Positions 39,096 to 49,698 of a stretch of 64,000 bases of DNA are shown here, in pieces; position 1 is the stretch's first letter; the number at the start of each line of letters is the position of its first letter. The DNA is taken from assembly GCA_963799845.1 (NCBI GenBank), contig CAWCYI010000006.1:224001-288000 (forward strand), read 5' to 3'. The notes beneath the pieces were generated by a model. That model saw only the letters and a list, made by a program, of their open reading frames with translations. It ran no database searches and was not told where the DNA came from. Source of the DNA: an uncultured Nitrososphaerota archaeon (GTDB lineage Archaea > Thermoproteota > Nitrososphaeria > Nitrososphaerales > CADDZS01). The translations under genes were made by a program, and so were the position numbers.

Positions 39096-40139
39096 CTATT
39101 TTTGTAGTAATCTAGCTTTCAAGTTTTGAACAAGATGATTTGCAAGAACAGATGGCTCCATCTTACCAGATAATGAAGCCGCAGTTGAGTGGCCGCCACC
39201 TACAAGGTCGTAGTGATCTGCAACCTTTTTCATTTCAACGGCCAGATCGATCCCAGTTTCCTTGAAGAACGATTGTGCGCTTCGAGCCGATAGTCTTGCC
39301 TCGCCGTTGCTATCTCCGAAAGCAATCCCAACATCCGCCCCCATATCCACAAGCATTCTAGCGACAGCAGCGTGATAGCTCGAAATCTGACTCTTGGCGA
39401 TGACTCGCCCCGCTACTTCATCGTACTCTAGCCGTTGAGCCGCCTTCATCCTCCCCAAGATTTCCGATCTGTCAGGCCTATACCTGAGTATTTTCTTCGA
39501 TGCTGAAATTTCAGAACCCGCCTTCACCAGGGTGAGCGCGGCTTCCAAAGTTTTTTCAGTGGCAATCCCCAAATGCTGTGAATCAAATAACAATCCCGTC
39601 AGCAGAATGTCTCCTATTTTTTTCGTTATTAGATGACTCGGAAAGCCCAGTGCTATGATTTCGCAAGTAGATGTAGAATCGCTTCTCACTATACGATCGC
39701 TCAGGTAAGCCCACGCCTCGTCGTCAAGGCTTGAGAAGTGATGGTCCACCAATATTTTCCTAGCTGAGCTTTGAGCTATCACTTCTGTGAATGGCTCCAA
39801 CAGGCGATAATCGCCTGCGTCGACTATGATAATTAGATCAGATTCTAGAACTAATGACTTTTCAATTCGCTCTTGAAACTGTATTCCCAATGTCGAGCTG
39901 ACATTCTTCCCCAGATTACTAACACCCTGAGGGGCAACTATGGTACACTCTAATGAAATCTCAGGATAGGAACTCTGAAGCAGGAGAATCAATGCTCCAG
40001 CGGCGCACAGTGCATCGGGATCGGCTTGACGATGAGTAAAAAAAATCGATTTAACGGTTCTGTTAGAAATCAAATAGTCGAGTTGTTTCTTGATCGCACT
40101 TTGGACGTAGGTTCTGCTCGTTCGCTCTTCTTCTAGCAT
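39096..40139 (-). CDS. DHH family phosphoesterase
   Basis: H..ADPDA, VDHH, STCE, GGGHSTAA. Confidence 0.92.
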   Translation of the reverse strand: MLEEERTSRTYVQSAIKKQLDYLISNRTVKSIFFTHRQADPDALCAAGALILLLQSSYPEISLECTIVAPQGVSNLGKNVSSTLGIQFQERIEKSLVLESDLIIIVDAGDYRLLEPFTEVIAQSSARKILVDHHFSSLDDEAWAYLSDRIVRSDSTSTCEIIALGFPSHLITKKIGDILLTGLLFDSQHLGIATEKTLEAALTLVKAGSEISASKKILRYRPDRSEILGRMKAAQRLEYDEVAGRVIAKSQISSYHAAVARMLVDMGADVGIAFGDSNGEARLSARSAQSFFKETGIDLAVEMKKVADHYDLVGGGHSTAASLSGKMEPSVLANHLVQNLKARLLQK

Positions 40140-40187
40140 GACATTAAGATTCTCTTCTGGAAACTCAAAAATTAGAAATGGTCTAGA

Positions 40188-40566
40188 TTAGCTCGACTGA
40201 GCAGTGGGAGTAGTCTTTCCCTTTAGAGCGTCCTCTATTTTCGCCTGAAGGTCCTTGACGTTTTCTCGAACCCTGGTCTCTTGTTTTCCCAGAACAGTTG
40301 ATCTCGTATTCAGCTAGTTCCTTCCGTTCTTCAAGATCTTTCAAAAGTTCATCCTTTTTGGCGCGGACGAGTATATTCCCAGCGCTCTTGTATACAGCAT
40401 CGGAGTCCGCCGCCTTCTTGAGCTCCGTTATTGCTCTGTCTAATTCGGAAGACTCTACGTCAATTTGTTGTTTCTGAAGCATTATCGCCTGCAAATTTTG
40501 CTGAAGCTGCTCAAATCGAACTAATTGCTCTCTAAGCCAAGGTGGAACTTCGTTGGATGTGCTCAT
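40188..40566 (-). CDS. pfdB: Prefoldin beta subunit (1-bp insertion near 40311)
   Basis: VPPWLREQL, VYKSAGNILV; the corrected C-terminus reads ELANTRSTVLGKQETRVRENVKDLQAKIEDALKG to TAA at 40188. Confidence 0.92.
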
Positions 40567-40645
40567 CTTGCTTCTCTTTTCGGAAGAAGGGCGGGTGTAA
40601 TTGCTCTATCAATCTTTCTGTGAAAAATATCCGTTTAACTCGTTT

Positions 40646-40948
40646 CTAGCTAAGAGACGAAGTTGTATGAATGATCTTTAGAGCAGATAGAGTCAATCTT
40701 AGAATTGTATTCATCCCTGCTCGTAGCGACACCAAATCCGACGCGACAAACTTGAGCGAGATAGTTCTTCCATTATTCTTGGATTTCAAAGCAAAAGTGA
40801 ATCTCCTGTTCTTCACAATTTCGGGAGAGAGAGCAGAAGCTATTGCTTCAGTCACTTTCTTATCCTCGACGATTTCTACGCTCAAAGTCGCGAAAAGGAC
40901 CTTTGAGTGAAATTTGCGAGAATAGCCACTTTTCTTGCTAGCTGGCAT
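40646..40948 (-). CDS. pcc1: KEOPS complex subunit Pcc1
   Basis: AL.PE, ASDLVSLRAGMNTILRL; position in the superoperon. Confidence 0.85.
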   Translation of the reverse strand: MPASKKSGYSRKFHSKVLFATLSVEIVEDKKVTEAIASALSPEIVKNRRFTFALKSKNNGRTISLKFVASDLVSLRAGMNTILRLTLSALKIIHTTSSLS

Positions 40949-40966
40949 CCGAAATTTTCAGACGAA

Positions 40967-41179
40967 TTAGATATTGTACGCTTCCCCTGCAACCTTGTAT
41001 TCGCAGGTCGAACAAGCCCAAATTCCAGCACTTTGTCTTCTGAATCGAGTCGAACCACATGAAGGGCATCTACGCGTCCTTTTGAGATTACCCATTATTC
41101 GTCCGTAGCGCTTCCTTACGGTAGAGCCATACTTGGCTCCGAGTCCCTTCATGCTACCATGTTCAGAAGATTTAGGCAT
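40967..41179 (-). CDS. rpl37ae: 50S ribosomal protein L37Ae (eL43)
   Basis: GAKYG..VRK, CPSC, GIWAC..C. Confidence 0.95.
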   Translation of the reverse strand: MPKSSEHGSMKGLGAKYGSTVRKRYGRIMGNLKRTRRCPSCGSTRFRRQSAGIWACSTCEYKVAGEAYNI

Positions 41180-41996
41180 AGGAGGCAGCCTTCTTTATCA
41201 AAGAACGTGTTTCTAATCCTTTAAGTCTAGCGGTACTTGCGGCTTGCAATACTTGTTCAGTAGTAAGGCTCCCTGGCATTCCCTTTTGTCCGGCGCAAAT
41301 ATTTCCTCGGTCGTCTGAAACGAAAGTAATCCTTGACTCCATCAACGCTTCTTCCTCTGAAGTTGGATCAACCAACAGATGGTCTCCAATACGAGCCATG
41401 GTTACTGACACTGGGACAGTCTGAATCGGAAGCGGAACCGTCTCATCAGTTTTCATCGGTTGACCTTTTTCATCAAGCACGTACTTTGGAATTTTCGCTG
41501 TCAGAAGAGAAGAGACCACAGCATACGAAGTCGCATCGAAAAGATTTCCATCCACATTCAGAATACTCACGTCGACAAATACTGCATAGACGTGCTTTCC
41601 CTCGACAAGAACTAATTTCGAAACATCGATCATTCCAGATTCGCGAATGCCTCTGTCCGAAACTCTTGCGAGTTCAATTGTACTCTCATCGGGCGGTCCC
41701 GGTTCAGCGTAGGGCGAAGCAAGAGGAAGAACTTCCGCACTAACAATAAGCAGCCCCTTGTCGGGAGTATCAGGAAACGGTGTTCCGAGATTGACTTTGA
41801 CCCCTGCTATGAGTTCCGTATTTCCAAGCTTGACTCTGGCAGATCCTTCAGCCTTTTCGATTATGTTTGTTTCAATCGTTAGTTCTCTCATGTCAGAGAG
41901 TCCACGACCATCGAGCCTCATTCCTCTGCTTAGAACCTCATTCATTTGTGCTCTTCTAAGCTGCTCGACAACGAAGATTTTCTTTACCGCCGACAT
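41172..41996 (-). CDS. rrp42: Exosome complex component Rrp42
   Basis: RLDGR, AEGSA.VKLG.T, PFPDTP, ELARVSDRGIRES, DGNLFDA. Confidence 0.96.
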   Translation of the reverse strand: MSAVKKIFVVEQLRRAQMNEVLSRGMRLDGRGLSDMRELTIETNIIEKAEGSARVKLGNTELIAGVKVNLGTPFPDTPDKGLLIVSAEVLPLASPYAEPGPPDESTIELARVSDRGIRESGMIDVSKLVLVEGKHVYAVFVDVSILNVDGNLFDATSYAVVSSLLTAKIPKYVLDEKGQPMKTDETVPLPIQTVPVSVTMARIGDHLLVDPTSEEEALMESRITFVSDDRGNICAGQKGMPGSLTTEQVLQAASTARLKGLETRSLIKKAASYA

Positions 41997-42751
41997 TACT
42001 GTTCGACCTCCAAAGCTTTATCGTTTTTTCCGAAGTATCTTCCGATCAACGCTTCCCTCTGAAGCTGGTAGACCTTTCTACAACCATCGAGAGCCCAACC
42101 AAAAGCTTTGTTGAACTCCTCTTCGTTCAATTGACCGTCAAGTTGCAACAATGTGACCTGGTTTGTGGAAGGCATGATTGCTATAGGCAAGTCAGCCTGT
42201 CCTTCTTTATCCTCAATGTCATCGACATCTAGAACAACTTGACCTGCGACCTTACCCGCAGCACAGGCTGATACAAGGTCTTTCATATTAATCCCGGCAT
42301 CAGCAAGCGCCACCGAAGCGGCCGAAATCCCGGCACACCTTGAACCACCATCTGATTGCAGTACTTCCACGAAGACATCGATTGCGGTTCTCGGATAGTC
42401 TTCTAGCATGAGCGCCGGTTCAAGAGCTTCACGAATTACCTTCGAAATTTCTATTTCCCTCCTAGAGGGCGCCGGATTCTTTCTCTCGTCTGTCGAGAAA
42501 GGCGACATGTGATACCTACATCTTAGGACGCTCCTGTCCGGAAGCGCGCTATGTTTCGGATGAACTTCCTTGGGTCCGTAAACAGCCACCATGATCTTAT
42601 TTTTCCCGAATTGAATGAAGGCTGAACCGTCAGCATTCTTCAAAATTCCGACCTCTATCTTTATTGGCCGAAGTTCGTCGATTTTCCGGCCATCTAGGCG
42701 TTCCCCTTGTTCACTAATGAGACGAGTACTGTCTCCACCCTGTTTTCCCAT
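41996..42751 (-). CDS. rrp41: Exosome complex exonuclease Rrp41
   Basis: RLDGR..DELR, ADGSA, VYGPKE, SRREIE, QSDGGSR. Confidence 0.97.
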   Translation of the reverse strand: MGKQGGDSTRLISEQGERLDGRKIDELRPIKIEVGILKNADGSAFIQFGKNKIMVAVYGPKEVHPKHSALPDRSVLRCRYHMSPFSTDERKNPAPSRREIEISKVIREALEPALMLEDYPRTAIDVFVEVLQSDGGSRCAGISAASVALADAGINMKDLVSACAAGKVAGQVVLDVDDIEDKEGQADLPIAIMPSTNQVTLLQLDGQLNEEEFNKAFGWALDGCRKVYQLQREALIGRYFGKNDKALEVEQ

Positions 42752-42824
42752 TTTACTTTTTTCACCTAAATTTGATTCCTACGCTTCTTCCTTTAGCTAA
42801 CTGCTATTATCCGAATTGATGCAA

Positions 42825-43652
42825 TTACATACCTTCGACGGGCTGGTCGTGATTCTCCATTTCAGAAGTTCCCATTTCGTGCGTCTCTCCCTGTTCTTCT
42901 ACAGGTTGCACCTGAGAACTTTCAGACGTTTGCCCTAATTCGTCTGTCGTGGATTCATGCGATTCGTCTGCCTGAGGTTCTACGGTAATTCCAAGAAGAG
43001 TTTGAACTCGTTCAGTCAAATCTGGAGAATGTGCCTCCTCCTCCACAAGATTAACGGCGCGAATCGCCCTAATAGTATCATCCGGACTGCCAACTATGAC
43101 AACAACTCCATTTTGGCCAATTAACATCCTAGATTTCGTCCCCGCTTCAATAGTCTTTATCATAGAGCCTTTCTTCCCAATAAGCCGCGGGACTTTTGCG
43201 GGAGAGATTTTTACTACCTGGCCCCTTGGAATTCTTCCCAGGCCTGGTCCTGAGATCGAAAGTAAAGGATCTCTCGTCCTGTCAAAAGCGATAACGCGCG
43301 AAGCGATCATGTCGCCGACCTTCAGCTTGTCAGTTAGAGAGTCCTTTGCCGGCGAGTAATCTCTTCCAAAAACCGACGCCGCAGGCAATATTCCAAAAAA
43401 ACAAGAATTAATGTCCGCCTCCCAAGCGAACGCACTGTAATCGATTATCTTACCAACGACTAGATCGTCTATTCTCGGAATATAAGGACCCGAGAGCGCG
43501 ATAACTCGAACAACGTCATGACCAATCTCAGCCATTCCTACCCTTGTGGCTATTAGCTGATCATCGACCCTCATCACGTTTAGGTCGGCCCGCACATTCC
43601 CTCGGGCGACAACCTCGCCCGGAATTACGTATTTTCTCTTTATCTCTGGCAC
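42825..43652 (-). CDS. rrp4: Exosome RNA-binding protein Rrp4
   Basis: S1 and KH domains (KVPRLIGKKGSM, GQNG); acidic C-terminal tail. Confidence 0.95.
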   Translation of the reverse strand: MPEIKRKYVIPGEVVARGNVRADLNVMRVDDQLIATRVGMAEIGHDVVRVIALSGPYIPRIDDLVVGKIIDYSAFAWEADINSCFFGILPAASVFGRDYSPAKDSLTDKLKVGDMIASRVIAFDRTRDPLLSISGPGLGRIPRGQVVKISPAKVPRLIGKKGSMIKTIEAGTKSRMLIGQNGVVVIVGSPDDTIRAIRAVNLVEEEAHSPDLTERVQTLLGITVEPQADESHESTTDELGQTSESSQVQPVEEQGETHEMGTSEMENHDQPVEGM

Positions 43653-43691
43653 GAGTTTTCACTTTAAATTCTACAGTAGATTAACTTTGAC

Positions 43692-44381
43692 CTAACGAAG
43701 CACAGAGGCTTGAGCGGTTCCCTTTGACAAAGAGCCGAGCCGATCCAGAAGAGTAGAATGAACTCCGGCAGGAATCTCTATTATGACCGTGAGGCCTCCA
43801 TCACCGCCCCATTCTTCCTTCACTATATCGCCGACCCCCTTCAAAGCTCCGAAAGACTGCGAGGCGTACTGGGCGGGAACCTTGATTAGCATCTTAATTC
43901 TCTCGGACTTCAAAGGCAAAATTCCCCTTAGCTGATCTATCACATTTTTCGTCTGCTCCCCCACATCCTTGAATGGATCTATCGTAATTCTAACTTCGGC
44001 CATTGCCTGCTCGATCCGCAGCGGAGGATGCGGTAAACCTGATCTTGGATCGACGTAATTCCTTGAAATCGCAACTACTATCTGCTTACGCTTCTCCTCG
44101 ACCAACCGTCTCCTCTGATCCGTAGTCAAGTTAATATCACCTTTTCGCAAAATAACTTCAGCGATCTGTAGGAAGTTGGTTGTCTTGAAAATCTTCGCTA
44201 GTTTCTCGGCAGGAACTCTCAAACCTTTATTGGCGTCTGAATAAACTTCGTCAACAGCAACTATCTGTGAAACTTCGACATTCCGACCGAATTTGAAATC
44301 GAGCGCAGGATCTGGGTGAACAAGAATCTCAAAATGCTCTCCGCCAGTGGACAGCCTCACTATGCTAAATTTTGAAGACAA
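43692..44381 (-). CDS. sdo1: Ribosome maturation factor SBDS/SDO1
   Basis: FEILV.P, LTTDQRR, DPR..PHPP.RIE.AM. Confidence 0.95.
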   Translation of the reverse strand: MSSKFSIVRLSTGGEHFEILVHPDPALDFKFGRNVEVSQIVAVDEVYSDANKGLRVPAEKLAKIFKTTNFLQIAEVILRKGDINLTTDQRRRLVEEKRKQIVVAISRNYVDPRSGLPHPPLRIEQAMAEVRITIDPFKDVGEQTKNVIDQLRGILPLKSERIKMLIKVPAQYASQSFGALKGVGDIVKEEWGGDGGLTVIIEIPAGVHSTLLDRLGSLSKGTAQASVLR

Positions 44382-44501
44382 AACAGATCAGTTCTCGGTA
44401 TGATAATTAACTGCTCGAATACAGCTTCGTAAAAACCTTAGCCCAAGGATCTTCTCGGGCCATGAACGGATTATCGCCTTTTTCTCGTACATTCGTGCTT
44501 A

Positions 44502-45242
44502 TTACGAAGGAGGTTGCTTGGATGACCTTTGCTTTGCCTTGTCTGCATAGCCATCAATTTCAGAATCAGTGAGACGCCTCATTTGCTTTGTTTCAACTGG
44601 AACTACTGCCATCTTAATGTGCCTAGTTCCGATTTTGTCTTCACTGACCAAGTAAATCGATTCAACAGCGAGTGTCAAGGCATCATCAACGGAAATATCT
44701 TCTCTGTATCTTTGTTCCAAATACTCGCCAACCTGATCCGCACCTGCCCCAATCGCAATAGCATAATAACCGACATACGTACCGCTTGGATCCGTCAAGA
44801 ATAACTGAGGTCCATTAGAATCAACTCCAGCGATGATCAAAGACACACCAAACGGCCTCACACCAGCATACTGGGTGTACTGCTGACATTGATCCGATAG
44901 TCGCTTTGCAACGGATTCGACATCAACAGGCTCGTCGTAGACTAATTTGTTGCTTTGAGCGACAATTCTGGCTTGATCAACTTGAACCCTAGCATCCGGA
45001 ATATAACCGGCTGCTGCAACTCCCAAGTGATCATCAACTTGGAATATCTTTTGCGTTTCACCAGGAGTTTGAAGTTTTCTTGGCCTCTCTTCAACCGCGA
45101 GAATAACGCCGTATTTTGTCCTAACACCAACGGCTAAAGTGCCTCGACGAACTGTTTCAATAGCATATTCAACTTGATATAAACGACCATCTGGAGAAAA
45201 GACAGTGATGGCCCGGTCATAACCTGCAGCTGCGGGAAACAT
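44502..45242 (-). CDS. psmA: Proteasome subunit alpha
   Basis: YDRAITVFSPDGRLYQVEYA, RPFGVS, TDPSG. Confidence 0.97.
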   Translation of the reverse strand: MFPAAAGYDRAITVFSPDGRLYQVEYAIETVRRGTLAVGVRTKYGVILAVEERPRKLQTPGETQKIFQVDDHLGVAAAGYIPDARVQVDQARIVAQSNKLVYDEPVDVESVAKRLSDQCQQYTQYAGVRPFGVSLIIAGVDSNGPQLFLTDPSGTYVGYYAIAIGAGADQVGEYLEQRYREDISVDDALTLAVESIYLVSEDKIGTRHIKMAVVPVETKQMRRLTDSEIDGYADKAKQRSSKQPPS

Positions 45243-45331
45243 ACTCGAAAACCTAAATCACATCGTCTTAACCGTGAATTTAAACCTTACAGACGATCGG
45301 AAAAGATCAAGGGAAGAAAATAAAAATCTTT

Positions 45332-45844
45332 TTGGAAGTCTCATTCTACCGAGCTGTGAACACAATTTCCAACAATGATGTCTTGTCAGAGATAGTCCAA
45401 TTTCGAGGCCATCGGAATGTACTTGGCAATCATCGAAATACTCTAGAGATCACAAAAGATTCTGAGATTTCGCGACGTGCTGATTGTATTGTCGGAGTGG
45501 AAGCCGACAAGGCGTGTGCAGATCTGCGAAGAAAATTAGTTGAACATATCAGGTCCAGAGGCATGTTAAGACTCGCTATTACAGTGAAGCATCTCAACTT
45601 TGTTTTCTACGGATCAGGTAATTCAGAGCTGCAATTAACGGATCCGATGGAGATGGTATTTCGGAAATCAGGTTTCATAAGCTCTAGGACGATTGCTTTA
45701 CAGTGCGATGCGGCAGCCATTGACTTGCCCCGTGAAATGATTCATCTTCTTCAGGATCCAAATACAATCGGTTCCTTACAAATTGATGCTCTGTCCGAGC
45801 GGTCTTCTGCTGACCAAGAAATCCCCCAAATAGAGTTCGTTTGA
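45332..45844 (+). CDS. DUF371 domain protein
   Basis: GHRNV...H..TLEITKD, ADCIVGV.A.KA, RKS.F...RT, AAIDLPR. Confidence 0.88.
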   Translation: MEVSFYRAVNTISNNDVLSEIVQFRGHRNVLGNHRNTLEITKDSEISRRADCIVGVEADKACADLRRKLVEHIRSRGMLRLAITVKHLNFVFYGSGNSELQLTDPMEMVFRKSGFISSRTIALQCDAAAIDLPREMIHLLQDPNTIGSLQIDALSERSSADQEIPQIEFV

Positions 45845-45872
45845 TCTAATCAAAACTTTATGTTGATAATTA

Positions 45873-46796
45873 ATGGTTTATCCTCAGATAGATATCTCCG
45901 GCGCGAATCTTTGTCCCAACACGACAATGGATTCGGGTCAGGTGTTCAGATGGAGGAGCTTGGATGATTCCCTCGACCGGTGGGTTGGTGTCGTTGGCGG
46001 TAATTTGATCAAGGTTTCAAGACATTCTGCGACTCTACTGGGAACCATCAGGTCGAGCACGAATTTCTCAGAATTAATAGAACGATATTTTTCAATTCGT
46101 GATGATCTAAGACAAGCGTTTTCGACGTTTCCGACAGATGATTCATTCCTTTCGTCTGCCCTATCAAAATTCTCTGGATTGAGATTGTTGACTCAAGATC
46201 CGTGGGAGTGTCTTATCTCCTTCGTGTGTTCAATTAATTGCAACATTCCATCAATAAAACAGAAGATCGAGAACTTATCAAGGCGCTTTGGGGCAAGAAT
46301 CGAGTCAGGACTTTCCGAAAAATTTTACTCATTTCCCACGGCGCGTGCTCTGTCAAAGGCAGAAAAAAATGACCTGCTCTCTTGCAAGTTAGGTTTCCGT
46401 TGGAGGTACGTTAAGTTCATCGCTGAACAGGTGGAGAAAGGAACGCTAGACCTCGACCGAATAAGCGATTTGCCCTACAAGAAGGCCCTCAACGAATTGA
46501 TGAGCAAGACCTCTGGCAAGACTTTTGGAGTCGGTCCCAAAGTTGCGGATTGTGTCTTGCTTTATTCGTTCCACAAAACTGAAGCATTTCCGTTGGACGT
46601 ATGGATAATGAAGTACGTAAATCGAATTTGTGAAATAGAATTGGAGACAATTCCCAAATCTCTTACCCTAAAGAATTATTTTTTGATCGGTGACATAATG
46701 AGAAAGAAATTTGGAATAAATGCGGGTTACGCGCAGTTGTATCTTTACGAGAAAATTAGACGTGACGGGTTTACTCAAAATACAGTGCAGGCTTGA
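45873..46796 (+). CDS. ogg: 8-oxoguanine DNA glycosylase (OGG1-like, HhH-GPD)
   Basis: SGQVFRW, QDPWECLISF, GVGPKVADC, FPLDVW, AGYAQLYL. Confidence 0.92.
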   Translation: MVYPQIDISGANLCPNTTMDSGQVFRWRSLDDSLDRWVGVVGGNLIKVSRHSATLLGTIRSSTNFSELIERYFSIRDDLRQAFSTFPTDDSFLSSALSKFSGLRLLTQDPWECLISFVCSINCNIPSIKQKIENLSRRFGARIESGLSEKFYSFPTARALSKAEKNDLLSCKLGFRWRYVKFIAEQVEKGTLDLDRISDLPYKKALNELMSKTSGKTFGVGPKVADCVLLYSFHKTEAFPLDVWIMKYVNRICEIELETIPKSLTLKNYFLIGDIMRKKFGINAGYAQLYLYEKIRRDGFTQNTVQA

Positions 46797-49668
46797 ATGG
46801 GAGGGCAAAAGACACTTTGTTCTTTGGATCGTAGATATTTTGCTCATCATTACCCTGCACGTTGACGCTAACGCCTAAACGACTGCCGAGATATTTTTGA
46901 GCTGCCTCATAAGCCAATTTTTCATCTAGGTGCTTTGACTTTCTGTAGTTCTCAAGAAAATCCTCGCCAAGCTCATTGATCGTCTTAGACAGCCTGTTCA
47001 GGGTGTTTGCAACCAACTTTTTGTCTATACCCGGATGAGTCGAAAAGAACTTCCTTAGAGTTTCGCTTGTTTTCTCGCTAGTCTTTCTTCCCTCAAGCAG
47101 TTGGTCGAATAGACCGTAAGCCCAATCGGGTGAGCAGTAGATGTAGAGAGACCGGGGCTTTAATGTCATTAGTTTCAAAATGTTGTTTGAATCCTCGATC
47201 AATCTCTCAAGTAAGGATTCGGATAACTCAGATTCTGGATGCATTCGAACCTGCTCTACGTGTGGAAAACTAGACTCACACACCATTTTTTCTCGTCCCA
47301 GCTCCTGATAGATTTCCTCTACTGTATAGGGAATAAATGGAGCAAGAAGCTTATCCAGCAATCGATCGCGTATTCAATGACTTTTGCGTTTCGGTTTTCG
47401 CTACGGGAATTATAGTAACGAAGGTCATTCCAGTAAGAGTAAAACACTTCCTGAAATCCCGATTTTGTCTTCATTAGATCTAAGTTGGCGGATATACTTC
47501 CTATGTGCTTCTGGATTCGATTTTCGAGCCACAGATCAATCGACTCCATACTGTCGGTCTTTGATGCGGCTGATTCCGACATCGATCGGATAAAGCTTGG
47601 AAGAGCATTAATCTTTCCCTGAACATCCCTTGCATTTTTCTCTCGCCAGTCCATATCATCGAGACCCTCAGCGCCTTCCATCAGAGCAGATCGGAGCGCA
47701 TCTGCACCGTAAATTTCTAGGGCATTTGAGAGCGTAATGACATTTCCCTTGCTTTTGCTCATTTTCTCCCCTTCCACCATCATCATTCCGTTGGCGGAAA
47801 TTCCAGTCGGCCAAAGAGAACGCGGAAAGAAAGCTACGTGCTGAAACACGAAAAACATGAGGTGATTTGGAATTCAGCTCCTTTGCAGAGTTTCTCAAAT
47901 TTACCGGATACCAATAGAGAAACTCGTTTCTCATCTCTTGAATTAATTGAGCCGCGAGGCGAACCTTCCCGGACAACATTCTTGCGTCTCCATCTCCAAG
48001 AAATACGTAATTGAAAAAATCATCCGTTAGAGATTCTGGCTCAATACTGTTGGAGACAAGAAGCGGCCTGATAGTATAATACGCCATGTAAATCGTAGAA
48101 TCACTTAGCGTTTCAACTATCCAGCCGGGAGACCACGGAAGAGGAGTCCCTAGCCCAACCCTTCTCGCACATGGCCAATCTTTGATCCAGTCGATTACGT
48201 CATGGAACCATTGCCTCGTGCTCTCAGGGTACATCTGTGCACTATCTACGCATTCATGAGCTAGCTTTTTCCATTCAGGATCGGAATACTTCAGGAACCA
48301 TTGATCCTCTAGGATTTTAACACGGCATACTGTAAGGCACCTGCAAACGACTTTTTCAGGAAGATCATACATGGAATCAGCGAGACCCTTTTCCTTAAAA
48401 TCCTGAATAATCAAAGGCTTGGCTTCTGCCACTTTTCGTCCTTTGTATTTCCCAGTGTTTTCCATGAGAATTCCCTGATGGAATTCTCGTTTGTAAAGCA
48501 CCGCGGTAGCGTCATGAACCTTTTGATCTAGTTGATCTTTAACTTGCATTTCATCGACGATCTCTTGTGCCGGAAATTCTCCCATTCCCTTTACCGAGAT
48601 CAGCGAAACTGGTGAGACCTTCTGAACAGTGCTGGAATCCAGATGATATTTTCTTTGCTCATCAAAATTTGATTTCAAATCTTTCAAAGCGATATAGTCC
48701 ATCGGTGCATGCGCCGGAACGCTGTATACTACACCCGTTCCATTGCTGGGTTCGACAAATTTCGCCGGAAAAATGGGAAGCGTCTTTTCACTGTAGAGCG
48801 GATGGATAACATTCTTCCCGATTAATTTGCTTCCTAGAAAACTTCTCTGAATTACAATTGCCCTGAGCTGATCTTTGAGCTTGTCAGCAGCTTCAGCACT
48901 CACGATCCAGCTGCTGCCGCCATCAATTGAAATCTCAGAATATTCCGAATCGGGATTTATCCAGAGATTAGTGACCCCAAAGATTGTCTCAGGTCTGAAA
49001 GTGGCAGCCGGCAGAAAAGTATGGGCTCCTTCAAGTTTAAACAGAACAAGTGTATATTCCTCCCATTGCACTCCCTGTCCTTCTAATCTATCATGATCAC
49101 CCGTTGGACTTTGATCTCTAGGACACCATACAACAGGATGTGTACCCTGAGTAACAAAACCCATCTGCCGCAGCTTGTTATATTGCCATAGGACGAATTT
49201 GTTGAAGGTCGGTTCAAGATCAGTTGTGTGAAACTCTCTTCGCCAATCTATAGAAAGTGCGAGTCTCTGTAAGGCAGTCCTGCCAGAGTCCGTATAGTAC
49301 TGGGCCATGAATTTTGGATCGTAAAACTTTGGCAGATCTTCCTTCGGCACCTTGTCAATTTCGACAAACTCGGTGATCATTGCTCTGTCACCTTTGGACA
49401 GTCTCTCCGCAGCGGCTACTATTGGTTGTCCTGTCCAGTGCCAAGCCCATGGAAATAACACGTTGTAACCTTGCATTCGCTTGTACCGAGCAAAAACATC
49501 TACCCTGGTTGCAGTGAATCCGTGCCCTAAATGGAGAGGTCCGTTCATGTAGGGGAAAGGAAACGTGACCATCTTCTTTTCTCTAGAAAGATTGCGCTCG
49601 GGTTCGAAGACTCTATTTTCTTGCCACCTAGAAATCCATTTGTCTTCAATAGCACGGTCCATGTCCAA
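46771..49668 (-). CDS. leuS: Leucine--tRNA ligase (two 1-bp indels near 47873 and 47352)
   Basis: PYMNGPLHLGH, KMSKSKGN; three ORFs join as SAKELIPNHLMF and WIKLLAPFIP. Confidence 0.95.
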
Positions 49669-49698
49669 CCTAGTCCTCAGGTAAATTGACGCAGAATG

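Noticed and set aside
39096-45242. Proteasome-exosome superoperon
   Set aside because: Well-known conserved archaeal gene order
46771-49668. Naturally split or pseudogenised LeuRS
   Set aside because: Essential gene; the fragments join seamlessly with single-base fixes, both beside AGCT
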